A stretch of DNA of 64,000 bases from the NCBI RefSeq assembly GCF_006345805.1, contig NC_042998.1:77252001-77316000 (forward strand). The letters run 5' to 3'. This document shows, one piece after another, positions 52,247 through 64,000 of the stretch. The notes under the pieces are model-generated. The model was not told the DNA's origin, did no database searches, and saw nothing but the letters and a program-made list of their open reading frames with translations. Source of the stretch: Octopus sinensis (taxonomy: Eukaryota). Every line of letters starts with the position of its first letter. Position 1 is the first letter of the stretch. The translations under genes were made by a program, and so were the position numbers.

Positions 52247-53529
52247 CTTCATATCCACACACGCGCACGCGCACACATGTAAATGTTTTAAATTTTCAAA
52301 CAAAACAATTCAACTTGAAAGATAAAATTACACTTGTTGATTTCGACTTTTACCCTGTCTTTCAATATTTCGGTGTTAGAACACCTTCAGGAAGTCTATA
52401 GACATATTACAGAATCGAGAAGTCAGCTTACAACACCATTTCTCCCAAGATTTCCTGAAGAGGGTGTCCTAACCTCGAAATAAACAAGACAAAAGAACAG
52501 ACAATCGAACTGTATAATGTATATCTTTGGTTTCTTTTCCATTCACCGAGGTGAATTAAACTTTGACCAGGAGGAGTTGATGTCATCAGATGGTATCCAG
52601 TCATCATCAGGTTTTTCGACCCTGATACGTAATACCTTCTGACTTGTCATCTCTCCCTGACTTCCAGCTTAACTTTTCTTTCTTGCTCCACAAGCAACAA
52701 GGCTCCCTTCTAACTACACACAAACGCACACACACACACACGTACATACACACAAACACACACACGCGCACGCGTACACACATAAGCTAAAAGTTGAACG
52801 AATGTCATTCCAGTGTTATATTGTGAACAAGTAAAACACTTCAACATTCTATCTTTTTTTTTGTTTGTTTTCTGCCATTGAAGAATATAATCTTTGCTTA
52901 TTCCTGCGATTTTTTACCGCATTTTGAACTCAATCATGATCGAGAAATCCCTTTAAATATTATTTCACGAAGTTTAATTAAATTATAATTCTTTAATTAT
53001 TATTAATTGTTGATAATAATTTGCGTGTTCCTCCATTAATTCAGTCTCGATTTATGCGCGTTATGTGCTTTCTTTGATAATTATGCAGAACAAGAATTAA
53101 ATATATTTTGCGATCCTGCTTCTTTTGCTCTTGATAGTTAATAATATATTTTAAGTGCATGGCGTTTGCATTTCTACGACAGCAGAGAAATAAATCAATT
53201 TGATATTTTATGTTTTTTATAAATATTATATTTTATAATTGCTATGTTAAACATGTTTCCATGAGTTAAGGCATATTTATAATTATAACCTCATTTGAAG
53301 TGCGTCATGAAAATATCTCAAGTGCATATTCATAAAAAGAAAGAAAAAAAAAATTAGCGCCTCCTTAAAATCGCGGACAATTTTATTGAGATCGGTGCGA
53401 CAAATGGAAAAATGAAGAGAAAGAATGAGGGTGGGGGGAGGTAGTGGTAGAAGGAGAATTAGACACAACGAGGATCAGTGAGAGAGAAAGAGATGAGCCC
53501 AGTCTATGATTTGTAAATAGTAACGCGTT

Positions 53530-53725
53530 TCAATTTTGACACGAGACCACCAGTTTTGGAGGGAGGTAGTAAGTATTTGACATCGAGTCCAGTTCTCAAC
53601 TTCGCTTATAAACTCTGAAAGAACGAAAGCAAAGTCGATCTCGGCAGAAAGTAAACTCATAATGGAAAACCGGATGAAATAGCGCTCAGCAATTGCTCCG
53701 GAGTGCTAACAATTCTGCGAGTTCG
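53530..53725 (-). mobile_element. SINE family B, degenerate
   Basis: Minus strand AGAATTGTTAGCAC..GCCGAGATCGACTTTGCTTTC. Confidence 0.65.
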
Positions 53726-53879
53726 ATCTCTTAAGAATTGTGAGTTCGCGCGTGGTTTTGGAGAAAAGTAAACAAATATTCATAAGAGGGGAACAACTTC
53801 TAGTTTATTATCTTCCTGGTTTTATATATCGTTATTATAATATATGTAATGTGTTCATAAGTCATAATGTCATGGATAT

Positions 53880-54140
53880 GTGTGGTGCCCATATATTTGT
53901 GTAATGGGGTACTCAGCGTAAATTTATGGGGACATTTGTCTTTTATGCATAAACTTCTAATAATGCACACGATTCTCTATTTCTATGTCCATGCAATACT
54001 GGATAGTGATGTGTGTTTTTTTTTATGAATGAAGCAACATGTAGCGTATGTCTTTCTTTGAAAGTATTACCCGTCATTCCAATATATGCCCTTGTTGCAC
54101 CATTCGAATCTGTTACATCAGCCTTATACATAATTGAGGC
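53880..54140 (-). pseudogene. Neptune-type PLE GIY-YIG fragment
   Basis: YKADVT..TRAYIGMTGNTFKERH..H.ASF, then a frameshifted TSLSSIAWT. Confidence 0.75.
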
Positions 54141-55129
54141 TCAAGCCTTGACTCAAGAAAGGAGAATTACAGACGTAAGTGCACATAAACCAGTAGACAG
54201 TAACGGTAAATTACTACTCTATCTTTATGAAGAAATTTTATGAAACTTCAGAATTTATGCAATACAGAAAAGAGAAGATTAATCAGCAAGGGGAATTTTT
54301 GAGAATCAGGAGGCACCAATAAATATCACGCAACTATTGGAAACACAAAACAAGCATTGAGATATTACAGGTATAAGAAGTATTACAGAGGAGTTCTATT
54401 AACTTTTCTACATTGGGTGAGATGAAATTCATGTAAGATCGATATAAGATTTCTTTGTTTTAACTGTGCATATTTCTTATATTACTTTAACTTTTTGTAT
54501 TGAATAGGTTTTATTCAGGTTAGAGTATATAGAGATATGTATGCATACACAGACGCATGTATACATACACACACACACACATACACACACACACACACAC
54601 ACAAATATATGTATATATATTATTTAGACATAAATACATAAAATATAGCCAAATAAAAATGTGTGTAGAAATGTGTGCTTTCGTACGTGCTTGCCTGTGT
54701 ATGCCTGTGTGTATGTGTGTCCCCAGGTGTTTGTGTGTGTGTGTGTATATGTGTGTGCGCGTGTGTGTTTGTGTGTGTGTGCGTGCGTGTGTTTGAGGCT
54801 AATGTGTGGACAATTTTCAAGACGATGATTTTGAAGCATAAGAAGATATGTATTTTATTAAAAGACATATAACAATATAAAACACTCTGCAATAACTTAC
54901 TTTCCGTATGAAGCCAAGGCAAATCTGATTATTTCTTATTCCTTAGGCAAACAAGAAGAAAACATATCCTTTCAAGGAAGGAATGATTATATATACTTAC
55001 ATAACTTAGTTTCATATATCTATAAACAAAAAAACAACTGAAAACACGCATCTAACACAGACATATATAAACCAATACAGACACCTCTCATTACACACAG
55101 GCACAAAGGGAGAAAAATATATAAATGTA

Positions 55130-55200
55130 TACAAATAAGGAAAAGGAATAGGCTCAGTACAGTGCTTTGAGGGACTCCACTAATGACTTTTTGCCGAGCT
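55130..55200 (-). mobile_element. CR1-like RT micro-fragment
   Basis: VISGVPQSTVLSLFLFLI (GVPQGSVL.PLLF motif). Confidence 0.6.
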
Positions 55201-55229
55201 TGATCGAGCACCAAATGCCAGATTCTGTT

Positions 55230-55740
55230 TACCGGGAAATATCCAGTCCGATTTAATAGTTTCCTACGGAATCTAATGTTCGATATTTTTTTTTTTCTTA
55301 AGTTGTAAATTCTCCTCAGCAATTAGTGCAATAGCTCGGAGAAGATTCCTTGTTTGTGCTATGACCTGGATATATGATATGACTGTATTTATCTTTTGTG
55401 TTACTTTATTTATTATACACCTGTCTAGCCTTCTCATATTCATGGGGATGTCTTCGTCTGGAGCATTCATCAAGACGATGAGTCGTCTTGGAATTTCAAG
55501 CAATTCATTATCTAGTTGGTTCATTTCCTCAGCATGTCCACCCACCATAGTATCAGGGTTCATTGTGCAACGTTCCTGTTCCTCATCCTTAAGAGACCCC
55601 AACACCATTTCCCTGTTTCTCCTGTCTACTCTTATCTCTGCTTTCAACTCTTACCTCTCAGTTTTCAATTCCGACCATCCTTTGTAGACCATGCGCAAGG
55701 TCTCTTAGACTCTCACTAATCCGAGATATTTCTACTCCAG
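55230..55740 (-). mobile_element. N-terminal ORF fragment of an R4-like LINE
   Basis: RRLDRCIINKVTQKINTVISYI..QTRNLLRAIALIAEENLQLKKKK resembles the pre-RT region of this group. Confidence 0.5.
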
Positions 55741-55809
55741 TTAAGTAACCCTTCTTCCTAACCACTCTCGCTTGCTTCTTTAGTTTATTTTCTGACATTG
55801 GACACATGC

Positions 55810-55900
55810 CCTTTTCAGTAGAAGACACTTACCCAAGTGTTACGCAGTTGGACCGGACCTGGAGCCATATGATAGGGAAGCAAGCCTCTTACCACATGGT
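55810..55900 (-). mobile_element. SINE family A, partial
   Basis: AGTAGAAGACACTTACCCAAG..GCAAGCCTCTTACCAC, like 22721-22892. Confidence 0.6.
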
Positions 55901-58055
55901 CGGGTGAATTCGCTCAGATTAAATAAACAGTATAATGTTGATTATAGAGTTCTTTCCTATTTTTCAATAACATACACTGTTTATAGTCTAAATATAGTAT
56001 GAAAATTTATATATCTGTTTGTCTGCGTGTAAGTTTCCATGTCTTCATTCATTGTATTGTACACTATAATTAGTAGCCTCATGTATGAAGGTATAGTAAG
56101 GGAATGTCTCAAAAATTGTATAGCAATATGCACAAATATACGGTTGCGTGTGTGTATGTGTAGGTGAATCTGTCTGCATGTGTATCTGTATTTTCACATG
56201 TGTTGTTTCTGTTGCGGTTTCCGGACGTGTATATGACTGTATACACATGAATTATATACGTACATAAAAATACGCTAGAGTTCAGTGTTTAATACATATT
56301 TCTTCATTCTTATGAAATGTTTATTACTTTCATTTAGTGAAATTTTCTTTATCTTTTCAATAATATATCAGAATACTTCTGTTATTTATTTGACTCGTTA
56401 TTCCATTGTGTACTACCAAGTGCCTTTGTGTAATTAACAATCACGCAGCTGAAATTATTACAGAAAATAAAAACAACCTTCAGCATATACCGTGGGGTAT
56501 TTCAAATAATGAATATTTTAAATATTCATATGTTCTCTCACCGATAAGAAAAAAAAATACACCGCATAATAAAGCAAACGAAAGATAGATTATGAGCCCT
56601 GAGCGATTCTCTCTCTTTAAAGGAAAATTCTCCCTCCCTTCTATTTCTTGACAAACTCTCTTTCTCTCCATCTCTTACTCCGAAAGCAACCTTAGGCGGC
56701 AGCACTAACAGTCACCAGTCAAAATTCCCACTTGTAAAACTATTTGGTTATATTATTTTGTGTATTCGTTACCTAATAGGACTATAGGCTTGCCAACACA
56801 TAAAATAGGAAATGCATATCTTAATGTACAATTATGAGTACTCGTACACATGCTCAGCCACATATACACATACATGCACATAGGCACACACTATGTACTA
56901 ACCCACATATAGTCTTTATACTAAATATTTCAACCTGAGGATATTTATCATTCAATAAGAAGGATATTTACCCATGTATATATGATACGAAATTGTAAAG
57001 GATAAAATTTCCATGGAAAGCAATATTCTGGGACTCATTAAATGTTGATATCATCTTGTATTATATCTGCATTGAAAAGCTTTACTTCGGTTATATTTGC
57101 AGCTGGTTCACCATGGATGCAAATTCTGACGTGTGATTTTGAAATTTTGAAGACAGCAAATGTACGCACAAAATGTACATTGCAGCGTAGAGCATGAGCT
57201 GGCGGAACCTGTATTTTGCGTAGTGGGGTGATTATAAATTTGGTTTGGAAGGTGTCCAGATATGTATTTTGGTGTCTTGCGTGTTGTGATGGAAGAAATA
57301 CTTTCTTATAAATCGAGTTAAAAAACAAAAAAAGAAACAACAAACAGAAATATTCACGTTGGGGAATAAGTGTAATTTTAGGGGCATTATAGAGAAAAAT
57401 ACTCTCACTGTGCCGAGAGATTTTCACGAAAACCATTGCAAACACCAAAAAATTAAGAAGGAAAAATAACAAAACATATAACAAAATATATATAGCTGAA
57501 TATAACACAAAAATTAATAAAATGCAACAGATAATATACGAGCAGTTGGTAATTAAGGTAATGCAGAGTTTCAGAACTACCACTATTAGTAAACAGAAAA
57601 TCAGTAGCACTTCGTTTGGGAAGAGCCCAGAACAAGTTGATGAGGAAAGGTTTGCAAACCCGTAGAATGTTTTCTATTTACTTAATTTGTATATATACAA
57701 TGCTTAGGGAATTTGTTCCCCTACAAATATGGAAAAGCTCTTCAAAAAATATTTTTTATACTGATATATTATTAGGTCTTAATAAGAGAATTGACAATTC
57801 GCGAACAAAGTAAGTTTGTGTTGATCATTACAGCTGACGCTTGAATAGGCGTGACTTATGGAGAGCCTGGAAATGTTTCTGCTGTGTGTTTTTCTAGAGT
57901 TGTCTTTATATCTTTGATGAGCAGTATTCCTTGATCATAAATGTATCTCTTTATTTGAGTGTATGCACGAATATGTATATCTGTATATACACATGCATAC
58001 ATCCATATATGCATACATATCTATCTAACTATCTATTTATGTATGTATGTATCTA

Positions 58056-58124
<69 letters not shown>

Positions 58125-58829
58125 TCAACGAATATTTCCTTATACATGTAAATGTTGCCATTCCTGCCATATCTCTATTGGATAATATTTTTATGGAATT
58201 TGTATACAGATTTGCAACCTTTTTGCTGCACGTTGTCAATGATGTGTATATTTGGTGCGGTAGATGATGTGCCATGTGTGTGAGAGTGTGTGAGATTAGA
58301 AACGAAAGAGAAGATTGCGTTCAATTATAACGGCAGTTATATATGTGAAATCTTAACTCATTAGCCTGTATTGGTGTAATGCGTGTATAAATGGAAAAGT
58401 GGAGCGAGACATGCGTTTCTTAAAGGAATATAAATCATCTGCAGTTCTGTGTAATGCGATGTGTAAAAGACAGTTTCCATGATTGAATTCCTTTGATATT
58501 TGTTGTAGGAAGCAGATCAGAAACATCCTTTATGTGGATGAGCAACTTTGCAAAAATAACAATCATAATTTCCTTAGATGCCACCCTTCTCACTTGGAAA
58601 GCGAGAGACGCATTCGCCATTATATTCCTAGTTATACACAAAATAGAATGTTATGGAAGTTACGTCTTAGTCACGATTCTACTTGTTCCGATCTGGCAAT
58701 GGCTAATCAACGAGAGCAGCTAGAACATACAAATCTGTTTATAAACATAAATGTATGCATATTTACACACATATATACATACATAGGCACATATAGATGA
58801 TAGCTATATATATATACATATGCACATAT

Positions 58830-60020
58830 AGAAGTGTGGTACCGATAGTCATGCAAATATGAACATGACTAATTTATTAATTGGCATAGTTTGTTCAAAC
58901 TGTTCCGGTTGGTGGGATAACTATATTAACTTCCTTCTTGAATTCTTTTTTTCTTACAGATAACGAATGGATTCCAAGCTAAACAACCAAGGCCTCATCA
59001 AAAAAACGGTGCAGTCTCTTCAACGTCTACAGAAGGGTATTGCATTATTTAAACTGATAGCATCATTGATAAGAGTACTATGGATAGAGGAATGCAGAAG
59101 TTTAATGAAAAGTATACTTGCGTCGAAGACAACCCGTACAATGGAATGCCAAGAAATGCACCCAGCGTCATGAATTACCATCGGTGGACGATTTGAATTT
59201 CATAATCAGATGAGTTAAAATATGTGAGCTTGATACAAGACTAGACTGTGATCACTCTGATCACAGAAAATGGTGGGAAACGTTTTGAAAATTGGATTTA
59301 AAGAAGTGACAGTGGAAATCTGCTTTGATATGCTGAAACCGTTTGAAACCAATAGAGATATGTTTTTCGATCTGGTGACAGCGAATAAAATGTGAATGTA
59401 TGTTTATGATCCGGAAAGAATGCGCAGGGAAAGTAATGGAAACATACGAGTTCTCCATGGCCTAAGAATTTCAAGAGCTAATGATCAGTACAGAAAGTCA
59501 AGGTGATTGTTTTTGAGGGTTAGAAAGGATGTTATCCTTCTTGATTTTCACGAAGGATGCTGTATCTGGAACAGCGAGCAATACATTGAGAATTTCAAAG
59601 GTTTTAGAGAAGGCAAGAATCTGAAGACGATTCACACTCATTATGGCCACAATGGCATTACGACACCAAACACATCTTAGGAAATAAATAATGAAATCAG
59701 GAAAGTGAATGGGCCAGTTGTCCCCTATCTAGTGACTTTCACCTGTTCGGTTCAATGAAAGCCACCCTTCGAGGATAACGCTTTTATGGTATAGACATAG
59801 TGAAAGTGGGTGTAGAGAGATGGCTACAACAGTGCACTTTTCAAAGAGTGCTCTCGAGCTGGGTTCAGCAATGGTGCAAATGCAACGCTCGTATTGGAGT
59901 CTATGCTGAGTTGTACATTCTTATAGAAGTGACGCACTACCAAAATATGCAAAATGAATGACCTGCATCAGTTGACGAAAAACAATTTTGCATGCTTTTC
60001 GTACAACTACACTACATGTA
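58830..60020 (+). mobile_element. Highly decayed mariner transposon
   Basis: MDSKL.., VEDNP..G.P, LVTA..M.VYDPE (TGDETWV..YDPE-like), WKHTSSP, SDFHLFGSMKATLRG and QQWCKC..IGVYAE. Confidence 0.75.
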
Positions 60021-60527
60021 AATATCTTCAATTCAAGCTAAGTTCATTTCTTGAAATTCATGGTAATATGCACGGAAATTCGAAATTAGTATTTATTGTT
60101 TCTTTCAGTGCATGAATGGAAAACATATTTTCAACTTTTTGAACAAAGGGAATTCGCGTAGCTCAAAGAGATTATACTCTCTCTGCAATCGTATTATCGG
60201 CTGAACTTTTTTGAACACGTCACATATATTTCGTTTGTTCAACAGCTTTCCACGCTCTATTAGGAACCTTTCTTTTATTACAGTCAGATGAGGAAATACA
60301 TCTCAGTAGGTTTTTTTTACCAATAAAAGCAAGAAAAATTCTAATTATTATAAAATGAGAAAGCACCAACATTTCTTTCGGGGAGTATAAGGGAACTCTA
60401 GACAAATCGTTGTTTCGAATTAATTGCATTTACTTGATCACCATTAACTTCGTTGAACCGCAGAGTAATTAGGTACTCATGTCGATTTTTTCTTTCATTT
60501 TCTTACTTTCTATCTCTCTGTCTTTGC

Positions 60528-60571
<44 letters not shown>

Positions 60572-60772
60572 ACTCTATCCATCTTTCACTTATTATTGAC
60601 TGCATTGCACCATTTTGGCCAGCGTGCTAACGATTCATCCATCTACCCATCATATAAATAACTAAAATAATGAAGGCCACTTCTGTAATTAATTCACTAG
60701 TTTATTATTGAAGTTGTTTGGCTTCATATAAATATAAATATTCGCACTAATTTCTTATTAGCCACAACATGT

Positions 60773-60786
60773 AACTACTACTACTA

Positions 60787-60831
<45 letters not shown>

Positions 60832-60856
60832 AACAACAACAACTGCTGCTGCTGCT
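60773..60856. repeat. Compound (ACT)n-(ACA)n-(GCT)n microsatellite followed by a partial family-B SINE on the minus strand
   Basis: Seen directly. Confidence 0.85.
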
Positions 60857-61693
60857 TCGTATTTTAAAGGTTGTTATAATCGATTAAATCGATCTAAGTG
60901 CGTGATTGCTAATTTAATTCGTCGAACTTGGAAAGAAGAAAGACAAAAAACATACTCTCGCCAGATTTGAAATCGGATCTTAAAAAATGGTAAATAAATA
61001 TTCCAAGTACTCTTTTGTTGATCATACCAATGATTCAGCAAATCTATCGTCATATTTCGTACATAAATTCAGTTTGCTGGAAATATTATGGCTGATTATA
61101 ACTACTTTTATAATTTCGTTTTTTTCTTTTATATATGGATATCCTGCATGACTTCCTATCAATTCAGCGAACTCAGTAATGATAAAATCAATCATTAGTG
61201 GTACCAATAATTCCACATAACGTCAAAATATTATAGTAGAATATGATATGGCTACTTTTTTTTATCTTTAAACGTTCGTATTTGATTTTAAAGAAAATTA
61301 ACTGCTACTTTCATGGCGTCGAACGAATTCGGTATGGCTAATATCTTGATTCGTACGCAAGTTGATGAACAATGCGTTTCTAGAAGTAACTTTAGTAACG
61401 AATAATTGTGTTGGACTTATTTATACTCTAACTCAGAGACTTCTATGAAATGTTGATATGGAGCTAACTTTAATAAGAGAATAAAACGGGAGTGGTCATA
61501 TTTGACAATACAGGAAGTTGAAGCCGAATTCCGATATAAGGCACATACCAAACTACCCCGTTCGTTTATACATCTTCTATATCATTAGACCAGTGTTTGT
61601 CAACTTTTTTCCCTTGCGTAACTCTTAAAATAATTTACGTCTCAAGAAACCCCTGCACAAAATATTATATACCATATATTTCTCACAATTTTT

Positions 61694-61751
<58 letters not shown>

Positions 61752-61754
<3 letters not shown>

Positions 61755-61975
61755 CCTGGAGGGTTCAGCTACTCCGCATTGATAAGGGGCAAATAACCCG
61801 AAACTACTCTGTAGTTGTTGAACTAGCAAGGGGAAGCTGATGACTTCCCCTGTTCGAAGGTTGTAATGGATACATGTTTGTGTGCCACATATCTAGCTAG
61901 AGGCAATGGCCTCTTGGAGCTGATTAGCATTCATCCTGTTTTTCTTAACTGCCGTGTTTGCTTGGCAGTAACTAT
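61752..61975 (+). mobile_element. Structured repeat between (TA)n arrays, possible PLE terminal repeat
   Basis: GC-richer island containing a hammerhead-like fold (61763-61823) and an 8-bp hairpin (61829-61851). Confidence 0.4.
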
Positions 61976-61979
61976 ATAT

Positions 61980-62042
<63 letters not shown>

Positions 62043-64000
62043 ATATATATATATATATATAATGTATGTATATGCACACAAACACACATAAATACATAAC
62101 ACGTATATACATGCACATATAATGTACCTGTATAATAATATTACGATCATGAAATTAGCATTAACTTCTCTCACTCCTTCTCGCGGAAACCCTAGGAAGC
62201 TTTTGAAGAACCCTAGGTTTCTGGGGAGCCCCAGTTGAAAAACGCTGCAGTAGACATTAAATCAAAATGACACCGATGGCATTTATTGAGGTTTTTCTTC
62301 GTACAACATAGTACTATTAACAATTATGTATATTATTTTGATATTTGATATATCTTATAGAGTCTTTTATATTTGCGGCTGGATAGTGTAAGAACGACTG
62401 CTGCTTTGTAAGAAATTATTCTAATTTTTGATAAATGTTCAGAAAGAAAATTTTCCTAAAAATAAACTTACCTGAGTATAGATGAATACCTGACTATATG
62501 AAAGTTAAGAAGAAAAATCAAGATATTTTATATAATTACAAATTCCAATCCGCTAAATTGCGCCTTTTATCGAAATGTAGCGCAGACAGCCACAAAAATG
62601 TGTTTTTGTAATGTAATATCTTTGACAATTAAATGAAAGTATGTTGTTGCGTCGTTACCAATCTGCATGTTCGTGATGGAGTCCAAATCCAAACAATAGG
62701 TTGGATATCCATACAAATTCTTTTGTTGCTGCGCCTGTTGAATTTTCTGTAGAAAGCTGAAGTAATTTATTTGTTCAAGCCATGAGATGTCATGAGTCTC
62801 GGAATAAGTTTCCAGGAATTTACTCCTAAATTAATGATATAAGATTTCCCAACAATGACTATGTTAATTATTTTTAACTTTGCCGGATATTCTTTGAGCG
62901 ACAATGTTTCTCTGAAAGCTGTTGAGATCTCAAATATTTCCCACCGTGATATGTATACTTGTATATACTGTCTGCATTACTGCTGCGCTATTAGCTTCCG
63001 TTAACCGCTTAAATGCCGGTGTTTTCATTGCTTATTTAAGAAATGTAAGTTTATGAGAGACCAGTCATGTATCTGTCAACACTTAAGTTGTAAACATCGT
63101 ATTCTTCCTGAGTAATGCATTTATTCTCATAGTTTCTGCATTGCATCGTATTCATTCTATAGCTTTGCTCATAAATTTTATACTCATCTATATCTTTTTT
63201 CATAAGTGCTTGTTTCATATACCATTTTGTTTATAAGTAAATTACTTTTCCTCATACCCATATATATAACCTTTGGTGATCTTTGCTAATACAATAAAAC
63301 GCTGTTTATAGCGGGCATTTATTTGATTTCCATTACTTGATTTCCATTATTTTTTCACTTTAATTTTAACTTTTATGATAAAAGTTTCCCACATCAAATT
63401 TATATTTGGCCACAATATTAGTGCTGCAGGATATGTAAGACTATCTTAAAATAATGTTTGCAAGTCGTAAGATATTTTCTGTAACCTCTTGTGACAGGTC
63501 ATACTTAAAAAAAGAGCAAAAACAGAATAACATAGAGTCTAAGGAAAAATTGTTTAACTCGTCTGTCTTTACTGACTAATTAGTCTACGTTCACCTTGTT
63601 TTATATTCCAAATGCTGTTTCATGTTATTCTATGAAAATAAGGCAGGTTCTAATTTAAAAGTTTATCCACATTTGAGCGATAATCTGATGACGCTTTGAT
63701 TATCGAAACTGCTTTATTAATAATGAAATATAAATATTTTTGAAAAAAAAATGCGATTAGGTAGTCCAGTATTTCTTATTTTCATTGCAAAAAGAACATT
63801 TTCCCTCATTAACTCGTTGCTTGTAAATGAAATACAGCATTATATTACTTTCTTATTTTGTATAATTATTAAACAATTGACACATGTAGTATTTTGCTTG
63901 AAAATAACACAAAATATTCCGGCTTAAAATAATGGGTAATATTTTGTTTAAAGATTTCATTCTTTTCCCGATTTTACAGAGTTCACTTGCGTAGGATAAG

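Noticed and set aside
58435-58800. Three overlapping stop-poor ORFs
   Set aside because: No recognisable family, and being open on both strands suggests composition or chance.
58960-59037. Apparent exon after a strong TTCTTACAG acceptor
   Set aside because: The sequence is the start of the decayed mariner transposase (MDSKL...) and continues collinearly into mariner motifs.
61829-61851. CTGATGA as an HHR core or C/D-box snoRNA motif
   Set aside because: It is the loop of an 8-bp hairpin, with no following stem II-GAAA and no partner box.

Overview
AT-rich, repeat-saturated eukaryotic DNA, most likely from an octopus (inferred from SINE/MITE sequence types and microsatellite load, not from a database search). 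I can support no host protein-coding gene, tRNA/rRNA gene or CRISPR array; most ORFs in the supplied track are microsatellite translations. The window holds many transposon relics: a Tx1/L1-clade LINE 3' end, six R4/Dong-like RLE LINE pieces, CR1-like pieces, three Penelope-like (PLE) coding remnants, three mariner relics (one carrying a nested Tc1/mariner deletion derivative), a Tc1, a Chapaev3-like element, Helitrons, piggyBac-type MITEs and many tRNA-derived SINEs. Main highlights: (1) a 5.1-kb PLE-like structure (34643-39778) with about 1.7-kb inverted arms flanking a GIY-YIG ORF tail, each arm ending in an identical, apparently intact type I hammerhead ribozyme (HHR); (2) about a dozen HHR-like motifs across the window, several in divergent inverted pairs or with variant cores; (3) a Tx1 LINE in a (TATC)n array whose truncated 5' end is a perfect 124-bp fold-back; (4) each non-LTR family sitting next to its own microsatellite type; (5) a 1.47-kb tandem duplication that may be an assembly artefact. 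All alignments and folds were done by eye, so the boundaries of decayed elements are approximate.
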